From: Lama guanicoe
Lineage: Eukaryota
Assembly: GCA_013239625.1 (NCBI GenBank)
Contig: MU053994.1
Coordinates: forward strand, 4,011,434-4,075,433
Direction: 5' to 3'
DNA length: 64,000 nucleotides
Shown one piece after another: positions 50,776 through 62,479 of the stretch. Each line of letters opens with the position of its first letter. Position 1 is the first letter of the stretch. Position numbers and translations under genes: made by a program. Under the pieces are notes generated by a model. It searched no databases. It was not told where the DNA came from and saw only the letters and a program-made list of their open reading frames with translations.

Positions 50776-52103
50776 CTTAATAACTGGCATTAGACAGTGA
50801 TAGAGAGAATGAAGTTGGGAATGAGAGTAGCACTTGTAGAACCCTAGCGCCCAGAACCAGAGAGAACTCAAGAAAGAATTTATGTCGGGAAGGAATCTTG
50901 GAGAGAGTTGAGGGAGAAATTTTCTTTCTCTTAGTACTAGGATGCAGAGAAGACCCACACTGGGCTGTGAAATCCTCGAGGGCCATACTAGTGATATATT
51001 TGACAGTTGCTCAAAAAAAAGAAAAATATTTGTGAAGTGAACAAATGAATAAATGAGAGGGCCAGGTCCTAGGGAATGCTTTGTTGGCTGCAGTCAGAGA
51101 GAAGAGCTAGAAATAGGTTTGGGGGAGGACTAAGAATCGCAGCGGATCTCAGAGAGATAGGTTCTTGTCAGAATCTGTCTCTTAACCTTAACCTTCTAGG
51201 TTGCTGGAGGTATGGTTTCTAACATTTCAAATTAGGAAGAGAGGAAAGAAAGAGGCTTAGGACCTGCGTTAATGCTATCAAGGCAGCTGATCTCTTGCCA
51301 GACGTGTAGTCAGGATCAGGAATCTGTATGCTGAGACATTCATTATACTCTTCTAAGTTCTCCATTGTCCTTGGATTCTTGGTAAAGTTATTTAGAAAAT
51401 TCTAATTTGTTATGAATATCACCAGGTGGAATGACCTGCCCATATCCAGCCGAACTCAGGAGACAAGTAGAGGTCAGATCACAGTAGCAGAAGATTTTCA
51501 AGTTAGACATCAGGGAAAAAAACAGGAAGAGATGAAGCAGTTAATGAAGTGGACCCTCCTAGACAGAGAGAGATGTCAGAGAAAGCTGCAACGTCTGTTT
51601 TCATCCCAAGAAGCCTGTTCATTTCTCTAGGCCCTGGGAATCATTCAGCATATAAATGTATTAGTCTAATCTGATTTTCTTGGGCCTGTCAGCAACATAG
51701 AAGTACATGACAATAGAATAAAATATACTTACAGCATGGCCACCCTGCTCCAGCAGGGATCAGCATGCAATTCAAAGAGAGTAACAGCAAGAATGTCCCA
51801 TAAACTAGTCAACAACCTATAAAATCACTTCATGAGGAGTAACAAATAGACTTGATTTAAAAGCCACAAAGCTACAGTGACCACTTATATTTTAAAACTA
51901 ATGCAAAGTGCATTAAGAATCCATCTTAAAACATTTTGAAGTGACTACTAAATCTACATAAATTCAGTCAGTCGATGCTTTTGTAACAGTCGTGAGAACT
52001 TTAGGGCATTGAACAGTCAGATATTTGTTGAATGCCTACTGAGGCAAAGGATTTTAAATTTAAGATCATAGAAAGATGTAATTTTGCTTGAGTTTTAAAA
52101 AAG

Positions 52104-52121
52104 TGTGTGTGTATGTGTGTA

Positions 52122-52165
<44 letters not shown>
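52104..52165. repeat. Compound (TG)n(AG)n microsatellite
   Basis: Seen directly. Confidence 0.97.
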
Positions 52166-53324
52166 GTGAACCGTCCTAAACTTACTTCTGCCAAAATATT
52201 CTTATATTCTTTTCTTTTCTTTTCTTCCCACAGTCTTGAAAACTCAAATATATGACCTTAGTCCATTTATTTATTCAAGCATTCTCTAAGACTATATACA
52301 GTACTAACTATATATTAAATATTGTGAAAGGATAAAGGTTCCTTGGCACGAAGCCCTGGTGATTCTTGATGCATAATTCTCCAAAGTCCCATCTATGGCC
52401 TTGGTATCTCTGGTCTCTTCTTGTCTTTAAAAAATAAGAGAAAAGGAAGGCAAGAATTTCAAGAGGAAGAGAGTGTAGAAACTGAGAAACCAACCCATCT
52501 CTAAGTCCTTGTTCTTTCTTTTAGAATATCCAGTCTTGTGCTCTTTTGGACTGTGGATAATGTAGAGGAGGTACAGTCTCCTCCACTCAACCAATTATCA
52601 GTGATGAATGATAAGAGAATAGGTACCATGTGAGGCTTCTTCTCTTTTAGACACTCAGATCATTCCTATCACAATGGCTGCAAAGCATTGGCAGGCAATG
52701 TAAAGGCGCTCATTATTGAATGGCGAGAAATATGAAGACTTCACTTTTTGTTCACCCTTGCCTCAGACTTTCAGAAAGCCATCTAATTTCTTAGGATATC
52801 AGATGCATATCAGTGACACAAGGTCAACGACACAAATTCCTTACTTTTCTTACTGGGATACCAACTGCTGCAAGTATTATAGCCGTAAATTAGTGGGATT
52901 TCCAGAGGGCTTGTCTATGGTTGGGAGAAGTTAAGCAGAACTCAGTGGGCTCTAAAGAAAGGATAACTATAGAAAGTTGTGCATAACTAAAGAGGAATGA
53001 GTTAAAAAGGAAATCATCAGTCACAAAGAGATTTTAATTAATATTGAATATTGAATCAGTATTAGCATCATCACTATCGCTGACCAAGCCACACATGGTC
53101 TACTCTCATGAGTCTTTGACTGCTTGATCACTGTCTTCAGATATACCTTCTCAAGAATGTCAGTATTCTGAAATGGTGATGGGAATTCCACTGTCAGGTA
53201 AAAACTGCAGTGATGTCATAAATATGCAAATGATTGAATGTGTCTGCCAAGCATCTTACATTTCTTAAGGTCTGTTAAGTCTAGACCAAACCTATATGAT
53301 CTTCAGAAGCATCGAAACATGGGA

Positions 53325-53480
53325 AAAGAACACTGAATTTGAATCCTGTCTCTGCAACTTTCTGGGTATAAGGATAATAATAGCTCTCATTTCAGGATTG
53401 TTTCAAATAATCTAAAGAAATATTGTACTCACATAAAGCGTGTGCCACAAAGTAGTACTCAGTGAATGGGAGGTATTACT
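53325..53480 (+). mobile_element. MIR fragment
   Basis: TTTGAATCCTGTCTCTGC...GGATAATAATAG...CAGGATTGTT...GTACTCAGTGAATGG. Confidence 0.6.
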
Positions 53481-54511
53481 AATTAAGAATTTCAGCACAA
53501 TAATAGCTATTTTTAAATCACTTGTCCTTTCTAGCATTTAAACTTTGGGCAAAGAAAGACTTTCTCACAAGTTTATCATGATTTGTAAACATGAGCCAGC
53601 TTCTCTATAGCAATTATTTTGCTGGGAAGTAAGCAAGGTCATAAATCAATAATGACTCCTGCAACCTCAGGACTTATTGATCTTGCTGTTTATCTTCTGT
53701 AATGTTCCTGGAAAACCCAATTATTTTGGGAAGTTACCCAAACTAGTTTACCCATTATTCTATATTAGTGTTATTAGTAACAAGTTATGAAAGCATTTGA
53801 TTGATTTTCTTGGAAAAACAATCCCTTTATAGTACAATAGAGATATTACTTTAGGCAATAAATTTCTTAGCATATTCTATTTTTTAAAAAGAACGAAATG
53901 GGGTAAACAACTAGAGAGTCATTTCAATACATGTGCTTATGATAAATTCCATTTTTCTGAGTACCACAGTTTAGGGTTAAAGAGCACATTAGCTAAAAAA
54001 AGTCTCAGAATACATGAACCCAGTTCATATTATGGGGTTGGCCATCGGCAATGTTTTGAAGTAGGAGTATCTTTTTAATACTCCTGGTGTTGTTCCCCAA
54101 TTCTCAGTATAAAATGCTTGGTGTGGAGTAAATGCCTACTAAATGTTTGTTGAATGAATGGATAAACAAATGAATGGAAGCCTGAAAAAATAAAATCATG
54201 AATGCATAAAGAGTTCCCCACTGTAAAATGCTTGTGAGAGTGGCTCTATTTCTATTCCTAGTGCAAATGTTTTCTTGGTCTGTAGACATGTTTGGAAGCC
54301 TATGTCTTTAACACTGGATTCTCTTTATTCATAAATTCAACTGCCTCTCTATTCCTTTTTTCAGTTTGTTCCATCTGATTAACAAGAGATAGTGTCTATG
54401 CGTTATAAATTTCTTTTTGTGTGTGTGATTGTGAGGTAGATTGAATTCTAGCCTAATGTTTGGAGGCCAAAGGGAGTTATTTATTAAAACAAAATGGGGT
54501 ATGAAGGAGAG

Positions 54512-54650
54512 TAGTGGTTCCCCAAACTAGTCTGATATAAGAATCAACTGACACACATTTTAAAAATGTAAATTCCTAGCCATCATCTGAGGCTCTCCAG
54601 AGGCAGTACACCAAGTGCTTCTTTCGACCAGGCAGGTTGGGCAAAGACTG
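54512..54650. mobile_element. MER5/MER117-like hAT-Charlie element
   Basis: TAGTGGTTCCCCAAACT...AGAATCA.CTG...TTAAAAATGTAAATTCC...GGTTGGGCAAAGACTG. Confidence 0.55.
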
Positions 54651-54701
54651 GGATAGGGGACGACTATTATCTTATTTATCAAAAGACTGATGGAGCTTAG
54701 T

Positions 54702-55266
54702 TGAAGTTGACTGAAAAAAAAATGCAAACCTAAAAACTGAGAATTATATTTTATTCCATGGGCTTACTGAGGACTTAAGCCCAGGATACAGTCTCTTAGA
54801 TAGTTCTGAGGAACTGTTCCAGAGAGATAAGGGAGGAGCCAGGATATATAGGAGTTTTTACAAAAACAAAACAAAACAAACAAACAAACAAAAAAACCAG
54901 GTAGTAGAACATCAGAAGATTACTGTTAACTGTTTTTAAAAAACCCAAATGTCTCAAGTTAATGATTTTAGTGCCTTTCTATGTATGGGAATATCCAAGA
55001 GTCTGTACTTACTGAAATTATTTCTTTGATATACACCTTAACTATCTAGGGCCAGTACCCTGTTTTTCTACATCCTGAATCCCTTCAGGCTGTACCATGG
55101 AGGCGGGGCAGCTGCTGTGGTTGATGGCGTGGAAGATGGCAACCTGTTTTTCTCTATCCAGAATTCCCCTCACAGTGCACTGTCTGGGTCAGCTTTAGTG
55201 GCTGATTGCTTTACGGCTGAAACATCCTTTATTTACTGAAATGGCAGGAGACATTCTTTGTCCACA
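54702..55266 (-). mobile_element. ERV1-class solo LTR, cetartiodactyl type
   Basis: TG...CA termini with a 4-bp TSD TAGT/TAGC. Minus-strand AATAAA at about 54750 and a TATA-like TATATA at about 54845. Confidence 0.85.
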
Positions 55267-55622
55267 TAGCAATCTCTGTTAGCTTCTTTTTTTTCCTATT
55301 TAATATAAGAATATCAATATCTCTCCAGACCACATCAAAGGATTTCTATGAGAATCATAAGGGTTTTAATTTTCAAACTTTCATATTTTATGCAAACTTC
55401 TGAAATCTATCCTGAAGATAGTAACAAATCCATTAAGACTGCAGTGCTTCTACTTAAAAGGCACTAATTCATACTTTTACACTTTTTAGCAACTCTCACG
55501 GGTGACTTTTCCAAAATCACTGTAACCATCCCACACTAATCAGGAGCTCTCAATCTGTCTTGTCTGTAATTATTTCCCTGGAAATGAGCTACCATATTTG
55601 TGCAACTAAGAAATACTGAGTC

Positions 55623-56270
55623 CAGAAATGAAAAATAGAACTACCATGTGATCCAGCAATCTCACTTCTGAGTATATATCCAAAAGACAGGAAACCATTA
55701 TCTTGAGGGGATAACTGTCCTCCCATATTCATTGTGTCATTATTCACAATAGCCAAAGTATGGAAACAACCTTAGTGTCTGTGATTGAATGGATGGATCA
55801 AGAAAATGTGGTATACATACAATGGAATGTCTTTCAGCCTTAAAAAGGAAGGAAATCCTGTCATTTGCTACAACATGGATGAACCTGGAAGGCATTATGC
55901 TAAGTGAAATAAGCCAGACAAAGAAAGACAAACACTGCATGATCTCACTTATATGTGGAACAACCACAAAAAAGTAGAACTCATAGAAACAGAGTAGAAT
56001 GGTGGTTGCCAGGAGCTGGAGGTTGGAGGAAACAGGGAGAGGTGGGTAAAAGGGTACAAACTTTTGGTTATAAGATGAATAGGTTCTGAGGATCTAATGT
56101 ATAACACGTGACTATAGTTAATAACACTATACTGTACAATAGAAATTTGCTGAGATAAAACTCAAACATTCTCACACAAAAACGTAAATATGTGAGGTGA
56201 TGGATGTGTTAATTAACTTGATAGGGGAACTCCTTTCACAATATATACATTTATCAAGTAAAGAAAAAAA
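55623..56270 (+). mobile_element. L1MA-like 3' end
   Basis: AATAGAACTACCATGTGATCCAGCAAT, peptide KEILSFATTWMNLEGIMLSEISQ, and GTTATAAGATGAATAGGTTCTGAGGATCTAATG. Confidence 0.92.
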
Positions 56271-56660
56271 TACTAAGATGTGGGGAAAAATGTGTGTTTT
56301 TGCTTTAAAGGAAAAGAAGAATCAAATCTACTACCTGGTCGCTATTAGGCATTAAATCATTTGGCTTAGGCTTAGTTTCTCGGTTAGACTAATACCCTGT
56401 CTGTAAAAAATGCTCCTACAGTTGTATTGAGAAGAAAATAAAAATAACTGTTGTCACTATATTAATAACCATTGTAATATTAATAACTTTTTCAACTCAA
56501 TATGTATTTGGACATTTTGGCTAAAGGCAGAAATTTGCATTAATGGATTAAGACTTCTGTAAAGTGGATGAATGAAATATTAATATAGCCAAGAAAATAT
56601 ACTTGGCCCCCTCATGTTTATTGCCAATTAGGAACCAGGCACTAAGAAAGATTTTCTTTT

Positions 56661-56767
56661 TCTTTTTAAAAAAAATTAATTTATTTAAATGAAGGTACTG
56701 GGGAATTGAACCCAAGACCTCGTGCATGCTAAGCATGTGCTCTACCAGAGAGCTATACTCTCCTCCC
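56661..56767 (-). mobile_element. Vic-1-like tRNA-derived SINE (camelid)
   Basis: The reverse complement reads GTATAGCTCTCTGGTAGAGCACATGCTTAGCATGCACGAGGTCTTGGGTTCAATTCCCCAGTACC plus an A-rich tail. The flanks are TTTCTTTT on both sides. Confidence 0.85.
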
Positions 56768-56799
56768 TTTCTTTTAACAATAAAAAGTATTATTACTAA

Positions 56800-57020
56800 A
56801 AATATTACAGGAAAAGCCCTGAGATAAGTGTTTTACATGTTTTATTTCTTTTAAAACTCCTGACAATCTTCTGGAGTAAGTATGATTATTACCATCATTT
56901 TGCAGATGAGTACACTGAGACTGAGAAAAATTATAACTTGCCAGAAATCTTACAGCTAGTAAGTGACAAAGTCAAGATATGAATTCATCTCCATCCAGAA
57001 GCCAAATTCTTAATCACTGT
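56800..57020 (-). mobile_element. MIR SINE
   Basis: CATTTTGCAGATGAGTACACTGAGACTGAGA...AACTTGCC...ACAGCTAGTAAGTGAC. Confidence 0.85.
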
Positions 57021-57223
57021 CATTTATTGATTCTTAGCCAAAAACAAATACAAATTTAAGAGTTCATATATCTAGTTTTAAAGTAATGTATCTTCATTAA
57101 TTTATACTTTCTGCCTGATTTTTTTTAACTCAAATCTAGAAAAGTGTAACCATCAATTGCTTTAGGCTAAAACTTTTTCTTTATTTAAACATCCATTGCT
57201 AACTTCTATTACAAATGGACTCT

Positions 57224-57237
57224 GTGCGCGCGCGCAC

Positions 57238-57271
<34 letters not shown>

Positions 57272-57292
57272 GACAGACAGACAGACAGACAC
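57224..57292. repeat. Compound (GC)n(GA)n(GACA)n microsatellite
   Basis: Seen directly. Confidence 0.95.
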
Positions 57293-57504
57293 TACGTATT
57301 CATAGTGATGTGAAAGCCATAAAATCTAAGTGTGAAGTATGTTGTCTTTGTTCTGAAGCCTTCTTCTGGGTCTTTCCGGCTTCAGTATCTGTTCCAGGAG
57401 CTGCTAGGTGGTGAATGATCCTGGATTTGTGCTCAAATTTGATTGAGCAACCTTCTCAAGATATCACAAAATTCCTTTATCAGGGTTTAGCTATCAATGT
57501 TGAT

Positions 57505-58015
57505 GCACATTGGATTCTCTAGAAGCAGATGTTAGAATAGGATTTGGCATGAGAGGTACTTGTTAGAAAAGGGAAGGAAGCAGGGTTAGGCAGAGGGAGA
57601 AACTGAACAGCAAAGCAGGCCTGTCAAAGCCTGGGGGGGCCTTTGAGCCTGTAGAGACTTCAGAGTTAGCCCCCACTTAGAATTGCCAGATTTTGCAAAT
57701 AAAAATACAGGGCACTCAGTTAAATTTGAATTTCAGACAAACAATAAATAACTTTTTAATATAAGTATGTCCCATGCAATATTTGTCCCATGAAACACTT
57801 CGGCTGGCAACTCTACCCACATTGGACCAAGATGGCTGGGTCTTTATATCCGAATTTTGATCAGTCATTGACTGTGGGCCAGACCAGGAAAGGTATGAAC
57901 TTGGGAAAGGTGGCTGTCTGCAGCAGGTCCTGTGTAGGCAGTCTTTCCTCAGGCAGACTCTGAAGGAGCTTCCTTGAAGGGAGATCTAGGAGGCCTAGAC
58001 CTGTGTTCCCTACAG
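57505..58015 (-). mobile_element. ERVL solo LTR (LTR33-like), interrupted by MER53
   Basis: GAAGCAGATG..., GGGAAGGAAGCAGGGTTAGGCAGAGGGAGAA and GATCAGTCATTGACTGTGGGC...ACTTGGG..GGTGGCTGTCTGCAGC. Confidence 0.7.
57678..57815. mobile_element. MER53 with most of one arm deleted
   Basis: TAGAATTGCCAGATTTTGCAAATAAAAATACAGG...AGTTAAATTTGAATTTCAGA...TAAGTATGTCCCATGCAATATTTG...CTGGCAACTCTA. Confidence 0.85.
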
Positions 58016-58229
58016 ATTCATAACCAAGTGAGTCTCAGCATAATGTACAGCTACAGAACAAGGGTTTTAAAAAAAGGAACTCAGCAGCTCCAGACTTTGC
58101 TGCTTAGTGTGGACTCGCATTAGTACTGCAAATGAATAAGCTAACAACCAAGCTCTTTGCAGTCGACTGTGAAACAGGGAGGCTGGGCCTATATCCATGG
58201 GAGAGAGTTCTGAGCTGAGGCGTTCAGAG

Positions 58230-59266
58230 CAGGGCCAACTTTACGAGCGTGCAACTATTGCAGCCTCACAGAGTCCCCTGCTCAGAAGGGCCTTGGCGCT
58301 TGGATTAATGCTCTGAGGTTGCTGTCTTGAAATTCTTAATCATTTTATCTTTGATCTTTTATTTTGTTAGTGAAATCTGATGGGACCATGGGAGCATGCC
58401 TGTGAGCAGAGAGGAGGCACACACAGTATGCCTGTCTGCCATTCCTATGTCCTCATTCACGAATAGTGTTCGAGATACTCCATGAGCGCAGAAGTCAGGT
58501 AGATCCACCCTGCCTGGGAGTGCATTGAGGCTCAAAGTGAATACAAGGTATGTAGGCTACATCTACGACTGATAAGCTGGGGCACTGATAGCCCCCAAAA
58601 GGCCATGTTTCTGTTTGAATTAGAACAGTGATTGCAGAAAGGGGACAATGGCATTCTAAGAAATACAGATAACTAAGGAACTCTCCCATATCCTTTTTCA
58701 CTCATGTTATTGCCCTGCACTAGCCAACCACTGATGCTGATGATGACATAGAAGGAAAGGGAAAGATGGGGGAACCCACAGTTATTTTGCCTTTTTTCCC
58801 CATCCCTTCCAAAGTCATCAGTAAGCTGAAGGTAGAGTATTGGTAGAATGTATGTCTATCAAGAAGTGAAATGAGAACAGGTGAGTTCATTTTTATAGTG
58901 GTTCCATTTTTTTGGTAAGAACAAAATACACATGAATGTATGAACTATGAAATACAAATTGTGTGCTTCCAGTGATTCTACATAGGAGTTCATTTCTCTT
59001 ATATTTGCATTTAATACTAGCATTGTACAATATAAACATGAACAGTAAAATTTATGCTAATAGTTGAAAATTTTAATTTCTCTTTGCTTAGAATGACATT
59101 AAATGGCTGATTAAAAAAAAAATCATGGCAAGTCTAGAGAGAAACTGCAGAAGAAAAGAAAAAGCTTTATCTTTTAGCACAGATATTTTGTCCTGCGTCT
59201 TGAGCAGGAGGTGGAGCCTGCATTTTCATTTTGCACTGGCGCCTGCAAATTTTGCAGCCAGCCTTA
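58230..59266 (+). mobile_element. MER45B-like hAT-Tip100 element, full length (about 1037 bp)
   Basis: CAGGGCCAACTT...TGTCTTGAAATTCTTAAT start and CATTTTCATTTTGCACTGG..GCAAATTTTGCAGCCAGCCTTA end. The 8-bp TSD is GTTCAGAG/GGTCAGAG. Confidence 0.9.
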
Positions 59267-59744
59267 GGTCAGAGAAATGGAATTGGCAAGTCTCAATGGA
59301 TGGAGTGGGGCAGGACCCTGAAAATCAGTTTTAGGAGAAAACACTGTCTTGCAGGACCATGACTATCAATGCATGGACTTGCAACGTCTTTTAACAATTT
59401 GTTTTCATAACTTGTTACTTAACCAGCATTGATTTTCTCTCCTCATTCTGTTATGTGTTCATTGAATATTTATTGAGACTATTATGGATACAACAATTAG
59501 CTAAGAAATATGAGGGAGGACAAAGTGGGGTTAGGATAAGGGGACAGTATCAGCTACCTTCAAGGAGCTTGCATTTGAATAATGAAACTTTTTAAATTAT
59601 TTCTAGATTCTGATATGCAACACATGCACATATACAAACACAAGCTCATACCTGCCATTTCCCTTCTTCTTTTAATCATATTTTGTTCCCCTTCTTCCCA
59701 GATCACCTGTCATTTCTAGGATAGTGATGATGGCAATAATGATG

Positions 59745-59945
59745 ATAATGATGGAAGTGAACATTATTTACACATATTCATTCAGTTAATCTTCACAGTA
59801 GTGCTGTGAGATATATACCATTGTAATCTCCATTTTACAAATGAAGAAATGGAAGCACAGAGAGGTAAAATAATTTACCCAAGATCAAACGGCTAGAAAG
59901 TGGATGAGCCAGGACTTGAACTAAGGTAGCTCCCATTATGCTGCA
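59745..59945 (-). mobile_element. MIR SINE
   Basis: CTCCATTTTACAAATGAAGAAATGGAAGCACAGAGAGGTAAAATAATTTACCCAAGATCA. Confidence 0.88.
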
Positions 59946-59988
59946 CTAGAGAAATTTCTCCAAAGTTTTGGGCAGTAGTGATTTTGGG

Positions 59989-61231
59989 CAGTGGTCTTCA
60001 AATTTACATATATGTACTATGGCAGAAGGGATGTACTGAAAATTCAAGGAAAGTTTTAGGGGATTAATTTCCAGATTCTTAGCTTCACTGAGCTCTTTCC
60101 TAAAAATGGACTGCCTAGAGCAAACCTGTAATTGACGCTGGTTCCCTTTTTCAATAGCCCTTTTCTCTTTTTACAAAAGAAAGGCCCTCATACTGAATCT
60201 TATTCTGGCTCATTGCCCTGGGGTCTCACACTCCAGAGTGCCAACCAAAGGGTAATTTACAGTATTGGTAAAAGTGTTGAGAAAAATGAATGACTTTTAA
60301 GACTGGACAACAATATTCTTTATACTTTAAGGGTTTCTAATTCTTTGTTATTAATATAAGTGAAGGAAGACCTAAACAGATTACCAGCTGATAGCCTAAT
60401 ATTAAAAATAATTTTTAATGATAGGTCACTATTTGAATGTTGTCGTATAACTTAGAAGAAGTTCTCAGAGTTGGGTGGCAGTTTTATAACAAAGCTACTT
60501 CTATTCTCATCTTATTTAAGTGACAAGTTTTCTTAATATACAAAGAGAACAGAGGAGGTAAATTTATGTTGCATCCTGCTTAATTCTAAAGATAAATACC
60601 ATTCATTCATGGATATATAAACTGTGTAAAAATAATTTTATCTACCTTATGAAGAAGGCCATTTCCATTAAGATTATACTTTTATCTTTAACAGTTATTT
60701 ATCAAAATTATATTTGTTGTTTCCAATCAGTTTTTAAATAGTAATTGTAATGACTTTTCAATCCTAAGGAAAATTTTAATGTGAAATGCCATCTGATCAA
60801 AGGAGATTTTTAAAAATTATGTTTTAATTTGAATACATATATTTATTGCATAGAAGAGAAGTAGGTTAATGAGTAAAAGGTTTTCAGACAAAAAATACAT
60901 TACAGTAGGTAAAAATTCTGAGGGAGAAGTGACTGGAAATATAAAGTCAAAAGGAAAAAGAAATAGTGTAAAGTTTCTGCTTATTCACATAATTTTTTAA
61001 TAGACTGTGATGAGTAACATGTAGTAGTAGATTCCACTGGGTACCTTTAAAAGTGATGTAACACTGATGTAACAGTTTGTTTTAAAATGTCAAAACTTAA
61101 AATATATCCTTTGCACACACTTAACATTTTATTGAAAAAATTTAAAGGTCAACTTAAAAATTTGTGACAGACTATTTAGTTTAATAAAACTTTTTGACAA
61201 CACACTAACCTAAAAATTCGAAGACCTCATG
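59989..61231 (+). mobile_element. hAT-Charlie DNA transposon fossil with decayed transposase 3' remnant
   Basis: CAGTGGTCTTCAAA start and TTCGAAGACCTCATG end form an imperfect TIR pair. The AT-rich interior near 60400-60620 resembles the transposase C-terminus. Confidence 0.6.
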
Positions 61232-62104
61232 ACCTGGAAGAATTGTCTTGTAACCGAAGTATCTTATGTTCTATTCATCTCCATTACACACTCCTTCAGC
61301 TCATTTTAATGGCCAGAGCGTCCTTTGAAGTTGATGAAAGCCTTGTGCCAAGAAAGGAAGGAAGTATTAGAGAAAGGGGTGATAGAAACCCATCAATTGT
61401 ATTGTCTCCAGAGGGGATGTTTAAATTAGGAATCAGTTTTATTCTTCTCTTCATCATGTTCAGGGAACTTTCGGCCTGCTTACTTACTCAATTTCAAAAT
61501 TGCATCTCTCATAATTGCTTTTGGGCCTCCATACAGCATTGATGAGTAAAAAAGTATTTACCTTACAACTTCCCACTGGACTAGCCCTAGAAAAAAGAGA
61601 AAGGAGAGTAAGATATTCTAAGTGAGAAAATGAAACAGAACAATTGCTTTCACCTTGGAAATGGAAAGCAAGATGACCGACAGAGGCACAACCAAGATGT
61701 AAAGAATGAGGGACCAAATCACTGGTGACCAGCGGTGTGTTCTTAAAGTTAGTAATTTAACCTCTCTGTGACATAGTTTCCTGAAATTAAAAAAAGTCTG
61801 TCTTGGATGTCACTGTCAGGTATGAATGAGATTAAGTGTGAAAATTTTGGCAAAATGCTCAATATAAAAAAAAACATGTAAGAAGTGTGTAAAGTTAGCC
61901 AGGAAAGGAAGGAAACTCATTTAAAAAATCAGGCTGGGAGATTCATTTTAATATATTATTGTTTTCCCCTTCTAAGTAGTGTCCTTTAAAAGCTATGTGA
62001 TTATTTCACAGACACTATCATTGCTAAGACATTTCAGTAACTTCTTTTTGGAGATTGTCTTCAAAACACAGTAATTTAGAATATTCTGGCTTTTAGACTT
62101 TTCA

Positions 62105-62289
62105 TAAATTTTTTATTTTGAGATAATTTTAGATTCACATGCAGTTGTAAAAAATAATACAGAGATATATTGTGTACCCTTTCCCCTGATTACAGCATCT
62201 TGCAAAACTGTAGTACAATTTCCCAACCAGGATATCTACATATACAATCTGCTGATCTAATTCATATTTTCTCAGTATTATTCATGCCT

Positions 62290-62292
<3 letters not shown>
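62105..62292 (-). mobile_element. L1M 3' end
   Basis: TTTTATTTTGAGATAATTTTAGATTCACATGCAGTTGTAA...CATCTTGCAAAACTGTAGTACAAT. Confidence 0.8.

Positions 62293-62325
<33 letters not shown>
62293..62325. repeat. (TG)n microsatellite
   Basis: Seen directly. Confidence 0.97.
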
Positions 62326-62329
<4 letters not shown>

Positions 62330-62479
62330 AGACATTTAATTTTGGAAAGAAAATAAGATGAAACCTTTCATAATTTTCAATTTATCAAACCCCTGCCTAC
62401 CTGATCAGAATCTGGATCAGAATTTGAGGACCCTTAAAAAAGGAAAGTAGATGGAAATCTTCAGAAGCTTCACTGCTTT

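Noticed and set aside
52205..52300. Strong plus-strand acceptor TTTTCTTTTCTTTTCTTCCCACAG
   Set aside because: The downstream sequence is AT-rich with early stops and no convincing nearby donor. It is probably a low-complexity coincidence.
56690..56767. tRNA-like sequence with A and B boxes (also about 43355-43420)
   Set aside because: The acceptor and D stems look degenerate and an A-rich tail follows, so these are SINE heads and not tRNA genes.
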